This document shows, piece after piece, positions 17,594 through 26,268 of a DNA stretch of 64,000 nt. The notes beneath the pieces were generated by a model. The model had not been told where the DNA came from and did not search any database. It was given only the letters and a program-made list of their open reading frames with translations. The DNA lies in assembly GCA_963712175.1 (NCBI GenBank), contig CAVQGZ010000008.1, forward strand, positions 212,011 to 276,010, read 5' to 3'. The stretch comes from an uncultured Actinomycetota bacterium (GTDB lineage Bacteria; Actinomycetota; Actinomycetes; Jiangellales; Jiangellaceae). The stretch's first letter is position 1. Each line of letters begins with the position of its first letter. The position numbers and the translations under genes are program-made.

Positions 17594-18887
17594 GCCTTGG
17601 TGGCTCGACCCGCAGCAGGTCGACGCGGCGACCGTCCATCTTGGTGACGGTCGCGTGCCAGCCACCGACATCGAACGTGTCGCCGACGGTCGGGACTGAC
17701 CCGATGGCCTGCATGGCCAGCCCACCGATGGTCTCGTACTCCGGCGCGTCCTGGGCGGGAACTCCGAGCTCGCGGGCCTCGTCCGGACGCAGCAGGCCCG
17801 AGAGCAGCATCGACCCGTCCTCGGCGCGTTGGGACTGGAACTCCGGCTCGTCCGACTCGTCCTCGACCTCGCCGATCAGCTCCTCGACGATGTCCTCGAG
17901 GGTCACGACCCCTGCGGTGCCGCCGTACTCGTCGACCACGACGGCGAGGTGTCCGCGTTCGCGCAGCACCTCCAGCAAGTCGTCCACGTGCAAGGTCTCG
18001 GTCACGACCAGCGGGTGGTCCATGACCTCACGAACCCGGGCCGTCCCCGCGAGGGCGGGGTCAACCCGCAGCGCCCGGCGCAGGTCGATGACACCCACGA
18101 CGTCGTCGATCCCGTTCACCCCGACGACCGGGAAGCGGGAGTGGCCGGTGTCGCGCGCGGTCGCAAGAACCACGGCGACCGGGGCCGCCGCCTCGATCGC
18201 GTGCACGCTCGTGCGAGGCGTGAGGACGTCGGCGACCAGCCGGTCGGTGAGCTTGAGGCTCCGGTCGAGCAGTGACGCGACGGGGCGGTCCAGCGTGCCC
18301 TCCGACGCCGAGCGGCGGATCAGCGACTGAAGCTCCTGGGGGGACCGGGCGGAGGAGAGCTCCTCGGTCGGCTCGATGCCCATGGCCCTCAGGAGCTTGT
18401 TCGCGCTGCCGTTGAGCACCCTGATCAGCGGCCCGGTCGCGGTCGTGAACGCCATGTGTGGCGGCGTCACTGCCTTGGCCACCCGCATCGGCTCAGCAAT
18501 CGCCCAGTTCTTGGGAACGAGCTCGCCGAACACCATCTGCACGACTGTGGCGATGAGCAGGGCCAGCGTCAGGGCCAGCGGGGTGACGCCGCCGCTGCCG
18601 AGCCCGAGCGCCTCGAGGGCCGGTGCCAGGAGCGCGGCCAGGGACGGCTCCGCCAGGAACCCCACGACGAGGGAGGAGACCGTGATGCCCAGCTGGGCCC
18701 CGGACAGCTGCGTGGACAGCCCTCGCAGGGCCGTGAGCACTCGGGCCGCGGCGCGGCTTGTCGGTGCCTGTGCCTCCACCGTCGTTCGATCCACCGTGAC
18801 CAGGCTGAACTCGGCGGCCACGAAGAGCGCGTTGGCGCCGATCAGCAGCATCGCGAGGCCCAGCAGGGCGGCGACCTCCGCAGTCAT
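17577..18887 (-). CDS. CNNM/DUF21 + CBS-pair + CorC_HlyC protein (hemolysin/TlyC-like family)
   Basis: AEFSLVTVDR, GELVPKN, two CBS domains and a C-terminal transporter-associated domain (GGLAMQAIGSVPTVGD...). Confidence 0.9.
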   Translation of the reverse strand: MTAEVAALLGLAMLLIGANALFVAAEFSLVTVDRTTVEAQAPTSRAAARVLTALRGLSTQLSGAQLGITVSSLVVGFLAEPSLAALLAPALEALGLGSGGVTPLALTLALLIATVVQMVFGELVPKNWAIAEPMRVAKAVTPPHMAFTTATGPLIRVLNGSANKLLRAMGIEPTEELSSARSPQELQSLIRRSASEGTLDRPVASLLDRSLKLTDRLVADVLTPRTSVHAIEAAAPVAVVLATARDTGHSRFPVVGVNGIDDVVGVIDLRRALRVDPALAGTARVREVMDHPLVVTETLHVDDLLEVLRERGHLAVVVDEYGGTAGVVTLEDIVEELIGEVEDESDEPEFQSQRAEDGSMLLSGLLRPDEARELGVPAQDAPEYETIGGLAMQAIGSVPTVGDTFDVGGWHATVTKMDGRRVDLLRVEPPRHDAHE

Positions 18888-19375
18888 CGCGACCGACCCG
18901 TGAGCACGTGACGATCTTTGCCTACGTCTGTCGCGTCTGCCAGACGCGGCCTACGCCCGCGCCGGCAGGTGGCCTCAGGAGCTCCAGCGCAGCACGGCTG
19001 GGGACTCCTTCTCGCGGCCCAGGACGGGGACGCTGGCGACGTCGAGGGAAGGCTCTGGCCGACGATGGTCGGGAAGTCCAGCCATGCCAGAGCCAGGACG
19101 CAGTGCGTGCAGATGCCCGCTGGGGCCTCGGCCTTGACCAGTTGGGTCTCGGCGCGCTTCGTGCTCGTCGACGCGATCACCAGCGCGGCCGCCACGACGG
19201 TTCCAGCGGCGATCGCCAGCAGGGTCAGCCCGAGGTCGTGGGCCCGGTCGCCGAGCTGGTCGAGGGCTGCCGGGAGCGAGCTGGACTGCGTGGAGCCGAC
19301 CGCGAGCGCGTTGAGCCGATCTGCATCCTCCAGGCAACGCCTGCGCTGATTCTCCGGCAGGGTACGTGGCCGCAC
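18884..19375 (-). CDS. hypothetical protein (weak; 3' part doubtful)
   Basis: GC3-biased coding signal on this strand only for about 19090-19375, including one hydrophobic helix (LTLLAIAAGTVVAAALVIA). The last ~60 codons use rare codons (AGA AGG AGT) and look non-coding or frameshifted. Confidence 0.3.
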   Translation of the reverse strand: MRPRTLPENQRRRCLEDADRLNALAVGSTQSSSLPAALDQLGDRAHDLGLTLLAIAAGTVVAAALVIASTSTKRAETQLVKAEAPAGICTHCVLALAWLDFPTIVGQSLPSTSPASPSWAARRSPQPCCAGAPEATCRRGRRPRLADATDVGKDRHVLTGRSR

Positions 19376-19476
19376 GCCAGCGCTCAGAGCGCGCAGCCAG
19401 CACGCGGTGAGGCTGGTCAGCGTGCTTCGAGCGGCGTCGGTCAGGCTCCGTATGCGTCACCTCCGCACACGCCGGC

Positions 19477-19525
19477 GAGCCACGGGCGATCACCCTACGA
19501 CGTGCAGGTGGATCGCCCGTGGCTC
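19477..19525 (-). terminator. stem-loop downstream of the sulfur operon (15-bp perfect stem, 19-nt loop)
   Basis: GAGCCACGGGCGATC (19477-19491) pairs perfectly with GATCGCCCGTGGCTC (19511-19525), 25 nt past the dsrE-like stop. No U-tract, so it is an I-shaped hairpin. Confidence 0.55.
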
Positions 19526-19549
19526 ACTGATGCGTGGTGCCGGGAGTGC

Positions 19550-20098
19550 CTAGATGAAGAGCAGCTGCGCTCCGTCGGTCATCGTGATGAAGTCCGCGGC
19601 GTTGATGATGTCGTCGACGCCCTCGTAGAGGTCGTCCATGTCAACCTTGTTCATGTCAGCGCTCATCTGGCAGGCCCACAGCTGGCCGCCGGCGGCGACG
19701 ATCTGGTCGAGGAACTCGCGCACCGGCGGGATGTCCAGAGCGTCGAGCTGCTCCTTGAGCATCTTCGTGGCCATGCTGGTCATGCCCGGGAGCGGCATCA
19801 CGGCCTGCGGGACCCGGATCTTCTTGTCCTTCACCGGGAAGTGCATCGCGGTGTTGCCGGCAGGGGAGAACTGCAGGTCGTCCATGCGGCTGTCGATGAT
19901 CATGTCGAAGCCCCAGAACGTGAAGAACAGGTGCACGGCCACGCCCTCGCCCAGCGCGGCGTTGGCGAGCACGAGCGCGGGGTAGGCCATGTCGAGACTG
20001 CCCTTGGAGCAGATGATGGCCAGCGAGCGGTCGGTCTCGTCGTCGCCGAAGTCTGGGACGATCATCGGGGCGGCAGTCGGTTCCATGGTGTCGGTCAT
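19550..20098 (-). CDS. DsrE/DsrF-like sulfur-relay family protein
   Basis: ATG 20098 (MTDTMEP...), 2 nt after the tusE-like stop. LAIICSKGSLDMAYPALVLANAA and LWACQMS Cys motifs of the DsrE-like (COG2210) family. Confidence 0.8.
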   Translation of the reverse strand: MTDTMEPTAAPMIVPDFGDDETDRSLAIICSKGSLDMAYPALVLANAALGEGVAVHLFFTFWGFDMIIDSRMDDLQFSPAGNTAMHFPVKDKKIRVPQAVMPLPGMTSMATKMLKEQLDALDIPPVREFLDQIVAAGGQLWACQMSADMNKVDMDDLYEGVDDIINAADFITMTDGAQLLFI

Positions 20099-20100
20099 GC

Positions 20101-20415
20101 TCACACGCAACCCTTCGGCTTGGGCAGGCCGGCGACGTAGCTCATCTTGCGGCCGGGCTTCTTCGGGAACAGCTGGAACTGCTCCTTGGTGGGGATGCCG
20201 CCGACGTTCTGCACGCGGCGGGTCGTGGGCGTCTCGCCCTTGACCTTGAAGTCCTCGCGGATGAACCGGACCACGTCCCAGTGGCGGTCGGTCATCTCGA
20301 TACCGATGTTGGCGGCCAGAGCGGAGCCGATGTCTTCGGACCACTCGTCGTACTCGGTCAGGAAGCCCTCGTCGTTGACGTGGACCTCCTTGCCGGCAAT
20401 GGCGGTGACGGGCAT
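20101..20415 (-). CDS. TusE/DsrC-family sulfur-relay protein (single-Cys, TusE type)
   Basis: 104 aa ending ...YVAGLPKPKGCV, the conserved C-terminal arm. The protein has one Cys in total; the position of DsrC's second Cys is Ser. Confidence 0.85.
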   Translation of the reverse strand: MPVTAIAGKEVHVNDEGFLTEYDEWSEDIGSALAANIGIEMTDRHWDVVRFIREDFKVKGETPTTRRVQNVGGIPTKEQFQLFPKKPGRKMSYVAGLPKPKGCV

Positions 20416-20418
20416 GGG

Positions 20419-21159
20419 TCAGCCTTTCTCTCGTGGACGGTTCTCGGGGGTTGGGTTGGTGGGTTGTTCGTCGCCGACGGTGCGCAGCAGGGCCAGGGTC
20501 CGGTTCAGCCCGCGCCGCACCCGGGGGTCGCGCATCTGCCTCACCAAGGCGAAGGCAGTCGGAGGCTCCTCGCCCGCGTCGTCCTGCATCGACTGGAGCG
20601 AGACGCCCGTCCGGTTCAGCAGGGTCATGACCTCGGGCTGCGTGAGCTCCTTGACGGTGTTCAGGATGAGCACGATGTTCTCGCGCAGGGCCACGACGTC
20701 GTCCTCGCTGAACGAGGTGACGACCTCTTCGACCATCTCGGCGCCGTGGCGGGCGAAGGTGAAGTACCCCTTGCGCTCGGCGTCGGCGAGTGACTCCGAC
20801 AGCCTGGCGACCCCAGCACCGGCGATCGAGTTCACCTCATGCGTGAGCTCGGCCATGCTGTCGAGCTGGACCAGCATCGCCTGCAGCTTGGGCAGCGAGA
20901 CCGCGAGCGTGCGGGCGAACTCGGAGACGTCGTCGATCGTGACGTCCCGGCTGAGGTCCTGCAGCTCCCGGCTCGCGACGTCCATCGCGTCCCGGGCCAC
21001 CGGCGCGAGCTCGTGGGTCAGCTCCGACCACTGCTCCCGGGACTCGCGTTGGCGGCGCATCTCGGCGACAAGCTCGTCGACTTGGCCGGACAGGTGGTCG
21101 AGGCGGTCCTCGACGGTCAGGGTGGCCCCGGAGTCGGGGGCCTCGGTCACGGCCGTCAT
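20419..21159 (-). CDS. DUF1641 domain protein
   Basis: 246 aa, helical. Start overlaps the SQR-like stop (ATGA at 21156-21159). DUF1641 is the usual partner of SQR/NDH-2-like flavoproteins. Confidence 0.8.
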   Translation of the reverse strand: MTAVTEAPDSGATLTVEDRLDHLSGQVDELVAEMRRQRESREQWSELTHELAPVARDAMDVASRELQDLSRDVTIDDVSEFARTLAVSLPKLQAMLVQLDSMAELTHEVNSIAGAGVARLSESLADAERKGYFTFARHGAEMVEEVVTSFSEDDVVALRENIVLILNTVKELTQPEVMTLLNRTGVSLQSMQDDAGEEPPTAFALVRQMRDPRVRRGLNRTLALLRTVGDEQPTNPTPENRPREKG

Positions 21160-22397
21160 GACGCCAGGTCCTCGGTCTCCTTGCCGGCCATGGACATGAG
21201 CGCCGGCAGCGGCAGCTCCTTGCCGGGCAGCAGCACGTTCCAGTACATCCAGCGGAACATGACCTTGCCCCAGTGGTTCATCTCGGTCTCCTTCAGCAGG
21301 CTGAAGGGGCCGATTCCGGGCAGCGGGTACTTGCCGGGCAGCGGCTCGGTCTCGTAGTTGAAGTCGATCAGCAGGCCCTTGCCGTGGCCTGTCTCGATGA
21401 AGCAGTTGGCGTGGCCGTCGAACTTCTCGGTCATCGCCAACCCCTGCACGTGGCGCAGGAAGTTCTCCGGGAACAGGTCCATCGCGAAGTGAGCCACCGA
21501 GCCCGCCTTGGAGGCGGGGATGTCGGAGGCGTCCCCGATCGCGAAGATGTTGTCGTACTCGGTGGAGAGCAGGGTCTCGTTGTCGACCGAGACGTAGTTG
21601 AGGTCGTCACCGAGGTCGGAGCGGGCGATGTAGTCCGCCCCCATGTTGAGCGGGATCGTCACGAGCAGGTCGAAGTCGATCTCGCGCTCGTCGTAGGAGA
21701 TCAGCTTCTTCTCCTCGGCGTCGATCTGCTCGACCATGAAGTCGGGCTCGAGGGCGATGGAGCGCTCGTCCAGCATCGTTCCCAGGTACTTGCTGGCCAC
21801 CGGCTTGGTGAACGCGCCCTCGAGCGGGGTGACGTAGGTGATCTCGACGTTGTCCCTGATGCCCTGCTCGTGGAAGAACGCGTCGGCGAGGAACGTGAAC
21901 TCCAGCGGCGCCACCGGGCACTTGATCGGCATCTCGGTGACGTGGACGACGAGCTTGCCGCCCTCCCACGTCTTCAGGACCTCGGCCAGGCGGGAGGCGC
22001 CCTCGTAGGTGTAGAACTCGTGCACGCTGGTGCCCATGTCATCGGCCATGCCGGGAGTCTCCTCAGGGCGAGGGGTCGTGCCCGTGGCGATGATCAGGTA
22101 GTCGTACGGCAGCTCGCTGCCGTCCTCCAGCAGCACCTTGTTCTCGTCGGCCACCACTCGGTCGACGCTCGCCTTGACCAGGTCGACCCCGGAGGGCATG
22201 AAGCGCTTGGTGGGCTTCACGACCTCGTCCGGCTGGTAGATGCCGAACGGGATGAACAGGTAGCCGGGCTGGTAGTAGTGCGAGTCGCTGGGGTCGACGA
22301 CGGTGATCTTCCACTCGTCGCGCCCCAGCTTCGGGCGGAGCTTGTTGACCGCCATCGTTCCGGCGGTGCCCGCCCCGAGCACCAGCAGCCTCTTCAT
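21156..22397 (-). CDS. FAD-dependent pyridine nucleotide-disulfide oxidoreductase, sulfide:quinone oxidoreductase-like
   Basis: LLVLGAGTAGT dinucleotide fold, YYQPGYLFIPFG, AIGDASDIPASKAGSVAHF. About 413 aa, as in SQR-type enzymes. Confidence 0.85.
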   Translation of the reverse strand: MKRLLVLGAGTAGTMAVNKLRPKLGRDEWKITVVDPSDSHYYQPGYLFIPFGIYQPDEVVKPTKRFMPSGVDLVKASVDRVVADENKVLLEDGSELPYDYLIIATGTTPRPEETPGMADDMGTSVHEFYTYEGASRLAEVLKTWEGGKLVVHVTEMPIKCPVAPLEFTFLADAFFHEQGIRDNVEITYVTPLEGAFTKPVASKYLGTMLDERSIALEPDFMVEQIDAEEKKLISYDEREIDFDLLVTIPLNMGADYIARSDLGDDLNYVSVDNETLLSTEYDNIFAIGDASDIPASKAGSVAHFAMDLFPENFLRHVQGLAMTEKFDGHANCFIETGHGKGLLIDFNYETEPLPGKYPLPGIGPFSLLKETEMNHWGKVMFRWMYWNVLLPGKELPLPALMSMAGKETEDLAS

Positions 22398-22421
22398 GAA
22401 GATCTCCTTCGTTCGTTGCGG

Positions 22422-23099
22422 TCAGGACGGGGTTCGCGCGGGCGCGCGGTCCTGGGAGGTACGTGCGGTCGTGGCCGCGTGGGCCGCCGTGGACAGGGCG
22501 GCCGACACCCGCGGCAGTGCCTCGAGAACGGCTCGACGCTGGGCGGCGTCGAGCCGGTGCAGGCCCTCGGTCTGGTCGCCCTCGGGGGCGACGCCGCCGG
22601 CCAGCACCATGCCGACGAGCTCGGAGCCTGAGCGGATGAAGACGCGCGCGCACTCGAAGCCCAGCTCGGCACGCTGGAAGTGGGGTGCGAAGTCGAGGTC
22701 GTCGGCCATCGTGCGCCACTCCTGGGTGCAGGCGGCCAGAGTCTGCTGGTCGTCGGCGTTCTCGGCGAACCACGGGCACGGGTTGGCGACCTGGGAGATC
22801 GGGTGCCCCTCCATGTCGGTCGCCACCATCATCACGCCGAGCATCGGCGCCGAGACGTCGAGCACGGCCTGCACGGACGCCGGGTCGATCCGAGGCGAGT
22901 CGTGGGACTGGGGGCCGGAGAGCAGTGCGTCCACTCCCTCGGCCGGGAATCGCCACTGGCGGCCGACCTTCACTGCCGGGAGCCGGCCGTCAGCGGCCAT
23001 GCGGTAGATGGTCGTGGCGTCTACGTGCAGCCGTTCCTGCACCTGGCGAGCGGTCAGAAGGGTGGCGCTGGTGCGTGCATCAGCATGCAGGCCCTGCAT
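22422..23099 (-). CDS. transcriptional regulator: excisionase/MerR-like HTH + PocR-like sensory domain
   Basis: ATG 23099. LTARQVQERLHVDATTIYRMAADGRLPAVKVGRQWRF is an HTH_17-type motif. The C-terminal ~170 aa (GVMMVATDMEGHPISQVANPCPWF...C) resembles PocR ligand-binding domains (by eye). Its stop is 24 nt upstream of the SQR-like start. Confidence 0.7.
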   Translation of the reverse strand: MQGLHADARTSATLLTARQVQERLHVDATTIYRMAADGRLPAVKVGRQWRFPAEGVDALLSGPQSHDSPRIDPASVQAVLDVSAPMLGVMMVATDMEGHPISQVANPCPWFAENADDQQTLAACTQEWRTMADDLDFAPHFQRAELGFECARVFIRSGSELVGMVLAGGVAPEGDQTEGLHRLDAAQRRAVLEALPRVSAALSTAAHAATTARTSQDRAPARTPS

Positions 23100-23147
23100 G
23101 GGCGGCACGGCCTGCTCGTTCTGCACACTATGCAGGTTATGCAGGTT
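23084..23147 (-). promoter_or_regulatory. CCTGCAT heptamer array (17-nt palindrome over the regulator start + tandem 9-mers)
   Basis: CATGCAGG-C-CCTGCATG at 23084-23100 overlaps the regulator ATG. ATGCAGGTT ATGCAGGTT is tandem at 23130-23147. Confidence 0.45.
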
Positions 23148-23212
23148 TCGGGTCGCCCGGCTGGGCCTTTGGTCCCGAAACTCCTGGGACCACTGGCGCG
23201 ACCTCGAACGAC

Positions 23213-23326
23213 CTCGGGCGTACGCGAAAGCACACATTGGCTCGCCGGCGCGGAACGTGACCTGCGCAAACACGATGATGAACGGCCCGCACATCACGCG
23301 AATGTGTGCAGCCGCGTACGCCCGAG
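23213..23326. repeat. intergenic palindromic element, copy 2
   Basis: CTCGGGCGTACGCG (23213-23226) pairs perfectly with CGCGTACGCCCGAG (23313-23326). Inner CACACATT / AATGTGTG arms. The spacer contains TGACCTGCG as in copy 1. Confidence 0.65.
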
Positions 23327-23395
23327 CGCGGCGAAGCGGCGGGCCACCCACGCGGGCTGCCCGGACAGGTCACCCGACCCTTCTAGCCTGGGATC

Positions 23396-24019
23396 GTGGC
23401 CCGCTACTTCGATGTTCACCCGCGAAACCCCCAGCCGCGCACCGTGGCGCAGGTAGCGGCCATGATCGCCGAGGACGACGCCCTGGTGGCCTACCCGACC
23501 GACTCCGGCTACGCGCTGGGGTGCCGCTTCGGCAGCGCACGGGGCCCGGAGCGCATCCGAGAGCTGCGCGGCCTCGACGAACGGCACCACTTCACCCTGG
23601 TCTGCTCCGACTTCGCGCAGCTCGGCCAGTTCGTGATCCTGGACAACACTGCCTTCCGCGCCATCAAGGCGGCCACACCCGGGCCGTACACGTTCATCCT
23701 GCCGGCGACCAAAGAGGTGCCGCGACGGCTGGCCCACCCGAAGAAGCGAACCGTCGGAGTTCGCATCCCCGACCACCGCTTCGTGCGTGCGCTGCTGCGT
23801 GAGCTCGCCGAGCCAATCGTGTCCAGCACGCTGCTCCTGCCGGGCGAGCAGGAGCCGATGACCGACGGCTGGCTGATCAAGGAGGAGCTCGACCGCCAGG
23901 TCGACGCCGTCGTCGACACCGGTGACGCCGGCAGCGAGCCGACCACGGTCGTGGACTTCTCCGAGGGCTACCCGGACGTGCTTCGACGCGGAGCCGGTGA
24001 TCCGGTGCCGTTCGAGTAG
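23396..24019 (+). CDS. YrdC/TsaC-family L-threonylcarbamoyladenylate synthase
   Basis: 207 aa with AYPTDSGYALGC, PGPYTFIL, VGVRIPDH, IVSSTLL, EPTTVVDF. Confidence 0.85.
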   Translation: MARYFDVHPRNPQPRTVAQVAAMIAEDDALVAYPTDSGYALGCRFGSARGPERIRELRGLDERHHFTLVCSDFAQLGQFVILDNTAFRAIKAATPGPYTFILPATKEVPRRLAHPKKRTVGVRIPDHRFVRALLRELAEPIVSSTLLLPGEQEPMTDGWLIKEELDRQVDAVVDTGDAGSEPTTVVDFSEGYPDVLRRGAGDPVPFE

Positions 24020-24023
24020 CCCC

Positions 24024-25016
24024 TCATCCCTCGTAGGTGTCGTAGAAGGCCGCCAGCCGGGTGCGAACCCGCGTCTGCAGGTACCCGGTGTCGAGCGCGT
24101 GCTGCACCGCGCTGCGGGCCACCGGCAGCGCGGACTCGACGACGACGTCAGCGCTGACCCCCACGTCCGCCAGGACGTCGGCGAGCGGCCGAGCCCCCTG
24201 CCGCGCGAAGAAGGCCTCGACCGACTCCGCCACGACCCGGCGAACCAGAGCGGTGTCACGCAGCGACGACCACTGCTGTGCCACCAGGTCGACCAGGGTC
24301 GCGATCTCGTCGTCGGTCAGCACCGTCGCGAGCGAGGCCACCGGCCGGTCGGCGGCTACCGCCCACCCTTCGGCGGTCATCGTCGCGATCGTCTCCTGGT
24401 TCATCATGCTGTCGATGAAGCGCCGACTGTCCTTGATCGTGTCGGCGATGTTGGAGTCGACGAAGGCGATGAGCTGCCGGTCGACGTTCTGCTCCAGCCC
24501 GGGAGCCGCCGCGCCGAGGCCCCGCTGCCCCAGGCGCACGAGCGAGGACGCCCCGGGGATCCGCTTGGCGAGCACGTTCTCCTTCAACAGGTAGCTCTTG
24601 ACGCCTTGGTAGACCACATGGGCGACCAGGCGGCTGTACGCCTTGCTGGTCGTCAGCTGATCGATCAGCTCTCCCCGCGCGTCGTCCATCCCGGCCAGGG
24701 TGGTGGCCCAGCGGACGGCGTCGGCCTCGCTCACGACGTCTTCCACAGTCTCGCCAGAGGCGGCGAACGTCTCCTTGAGCGACACCAGCGCATCGACAAC
24801 GATCGCGGAGGCCTGCGGCCCTGACACGGTGTCGACCCACACGAGCGCGGCGTCGGTGACCGCCTCCGGTGACGCCAGGTCGTCGAGCCGAACGCCGGCG
24901 AACCAGTCGAACAGCGACTCCACCTCGGTGTGCACCGTCTCGTCCAGACCGTCGCCTGTCAGCCGGGTCATCTCGAACTGGACGTGGGCGTCGAGCATGG
25001 CGTCATGCGCAGGCAC
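24024..25016 (-). CDS. conserved hypothetical protein
   Basis: 330-aa ORF with coherent acidic/helical composition and good GC3. No family recognised. Confidence 0.65.
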   Translation of the reverse strand: MPAHDAMLDAHVQFEMTRLTGDGLDETVHTEVESLFDWFAGVRLDDLASPEAVTDAALVWVDTVSGPQASAIVVDALVSLKETFAASGETVEDVVSEADAVRWATTLAGMDDARGELIDQLTTSKAYSRLVAHVVYQGVKSYLLKENVLAKRIPGASSLVRLGQRGLGAAAPGLEQNVDRQLIAFVDSNIADTIKDSRRFIDSMMNQETIATMTAEGWAVAADRPVASLATVLTDDEIATLVDLVAQQWSSLRDTALVRRVVAESVEAFFARQGARPLADVLADVGVSADVVVESALPVARSAVQHALDTGYLQTRVRTRLAAFYDTYEG

Positions 25017-25223
25017 GAGGTGTCACTCCTTGGTGGGGGACGGCGGCCGGGCAAGCATGTCCTATGCCGCGTCGACGCGCAGGTCACATGCTCCCGGTGG
25101 CGCCGTGGCAGCAGCCGGGATCGGACCGACTTCGCTGCGACTGGCGGTGATCCACGGTTCACTAGGGCCGCGGCTCGACAGGGACGTCCTGCTGCACGGC
25201 CGCGTCCCGAGGAGGAGGACACG

Positions 25224-26252
25224 ATGGCCATCACGACGACGCCGCCTCCCATCCCCGGCGAGCCTCTCGACCCGCCGCCCAAGGCCACCCCGGACAAGGT
25301 GCGCGACCTCGACGCGCAGGCCGGCAAGGTCGGCACCAGCGTCGGGGTCGGCTACCGCGCCTACACGCGCTTCTCGCACGCGAAGGCGACCTTGCTGGCC
25401 GCCGGAACGACGTACTACATGTTCCTGGCGATGTTCTCCATCATCGCCTTCGGGTACGGCGTCGCGGCCTTCTTCGGTGCCGACCAGCTGTCGGAGTACC
25501 TCACCGAGGCGATCGGCGAGGCGTTCCCCGGGCTGCTGGGGGACGAGGGCATCGACCCGGCCACGCTGCGAGCCGTCGGGCAGACGACCGGGATCATCGG
25601 CCTCATCGGCCTGCTCTACGGTGGTGGCGGCGCGGTGAACGCGGCGAAGCAGTCGATCCACCTCATCTACGGGGCGCCCAAGGACTCGCGCAACTACGTC
25701 GTAGCTCGGGTCATCGGGGTGCTGTGGCTGCTCGCGCTCGGTCCGCTGATCCTGCTCTCGTTCGTGGCGTCCTCGTTCACCGCTGACCTGTCCGACCGCG
25801 CGTTCGAGGCGATCGGCATCGAGTGGGACGGTCCAGGATTCCTCCTGAACATCGCCTCCGCGGTTCTCACGCTGGTCGTGAACTTCCTGGTCGTGTACCT
25901 GCTCCTGGGCAACTTCGGTGGAATTCGTCCGGAGCGCAAGGCCCGGGTGATCGGCGCGGTCGTCGGCGGCCTGGTCATCGAGGTCCTCAAGACCGTCATG
26001 GCGCTGCTCGTCGGCTTCACCATCGACCAGCCTGAGTACGGCGCGCTCGCCGCGCCCATCGGCATACTCTTCGTGCTGTTCCTGCTGTCGGTCGCCCTCT
26101 ACGGGGCTGCCGCGCTCACCGCAGGTATCGCGGACCGGGACGTACCGCTCGAGGTCCTCGAGGCCGACGCGGTCGAGGACGCGCAGGCTGCCGTCGAGGA
26201 CGCCACAGGCGAGATCCAGGCGATCACCGACGACGCCGCCTCCCAGGACTGA
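25224..26252 (+). CDS. YihY/BrkB-family membrane protein
   Basis: ATG 25224 after GAGGAGGAGGA. AAGTTYYMFLAMFSIIAF and six TM segments typical of YihY, plus an acidic C-tail. Confidence 0.8.
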   Translation: MAITTTPPPIPGEPLDPPPKATPDKVRDLDAQAGKVGTSVGVGYRAYTRFSHAKATLLAAGTTYYMFLAMFSIIAFGYGVAAFFGADQLSEYLTEAIGEAFPGLLGDEGIDPATLRAVGQTTGIIGLIGLLYGGGGAVNAAKQSIHLIYGAPKDSRNYVVARVIGVLWLLALGPLILLSFVASSFTADLSDRAFEAIGIEWDGPGFLLNIASAVLTLVVNFLVVYLLLGNFGGIRPERKARVIGAVVGGLVIEVLKTVMALLVGFTIDQPEYGALAAPIGILFVLFLLSVALYGAAALTAGIADRDVPLEVLEADAVEDAQAAVEDATGEIQAITDDAASQD

Positions 26253-26268
26253 CGCGGGACACACCACG

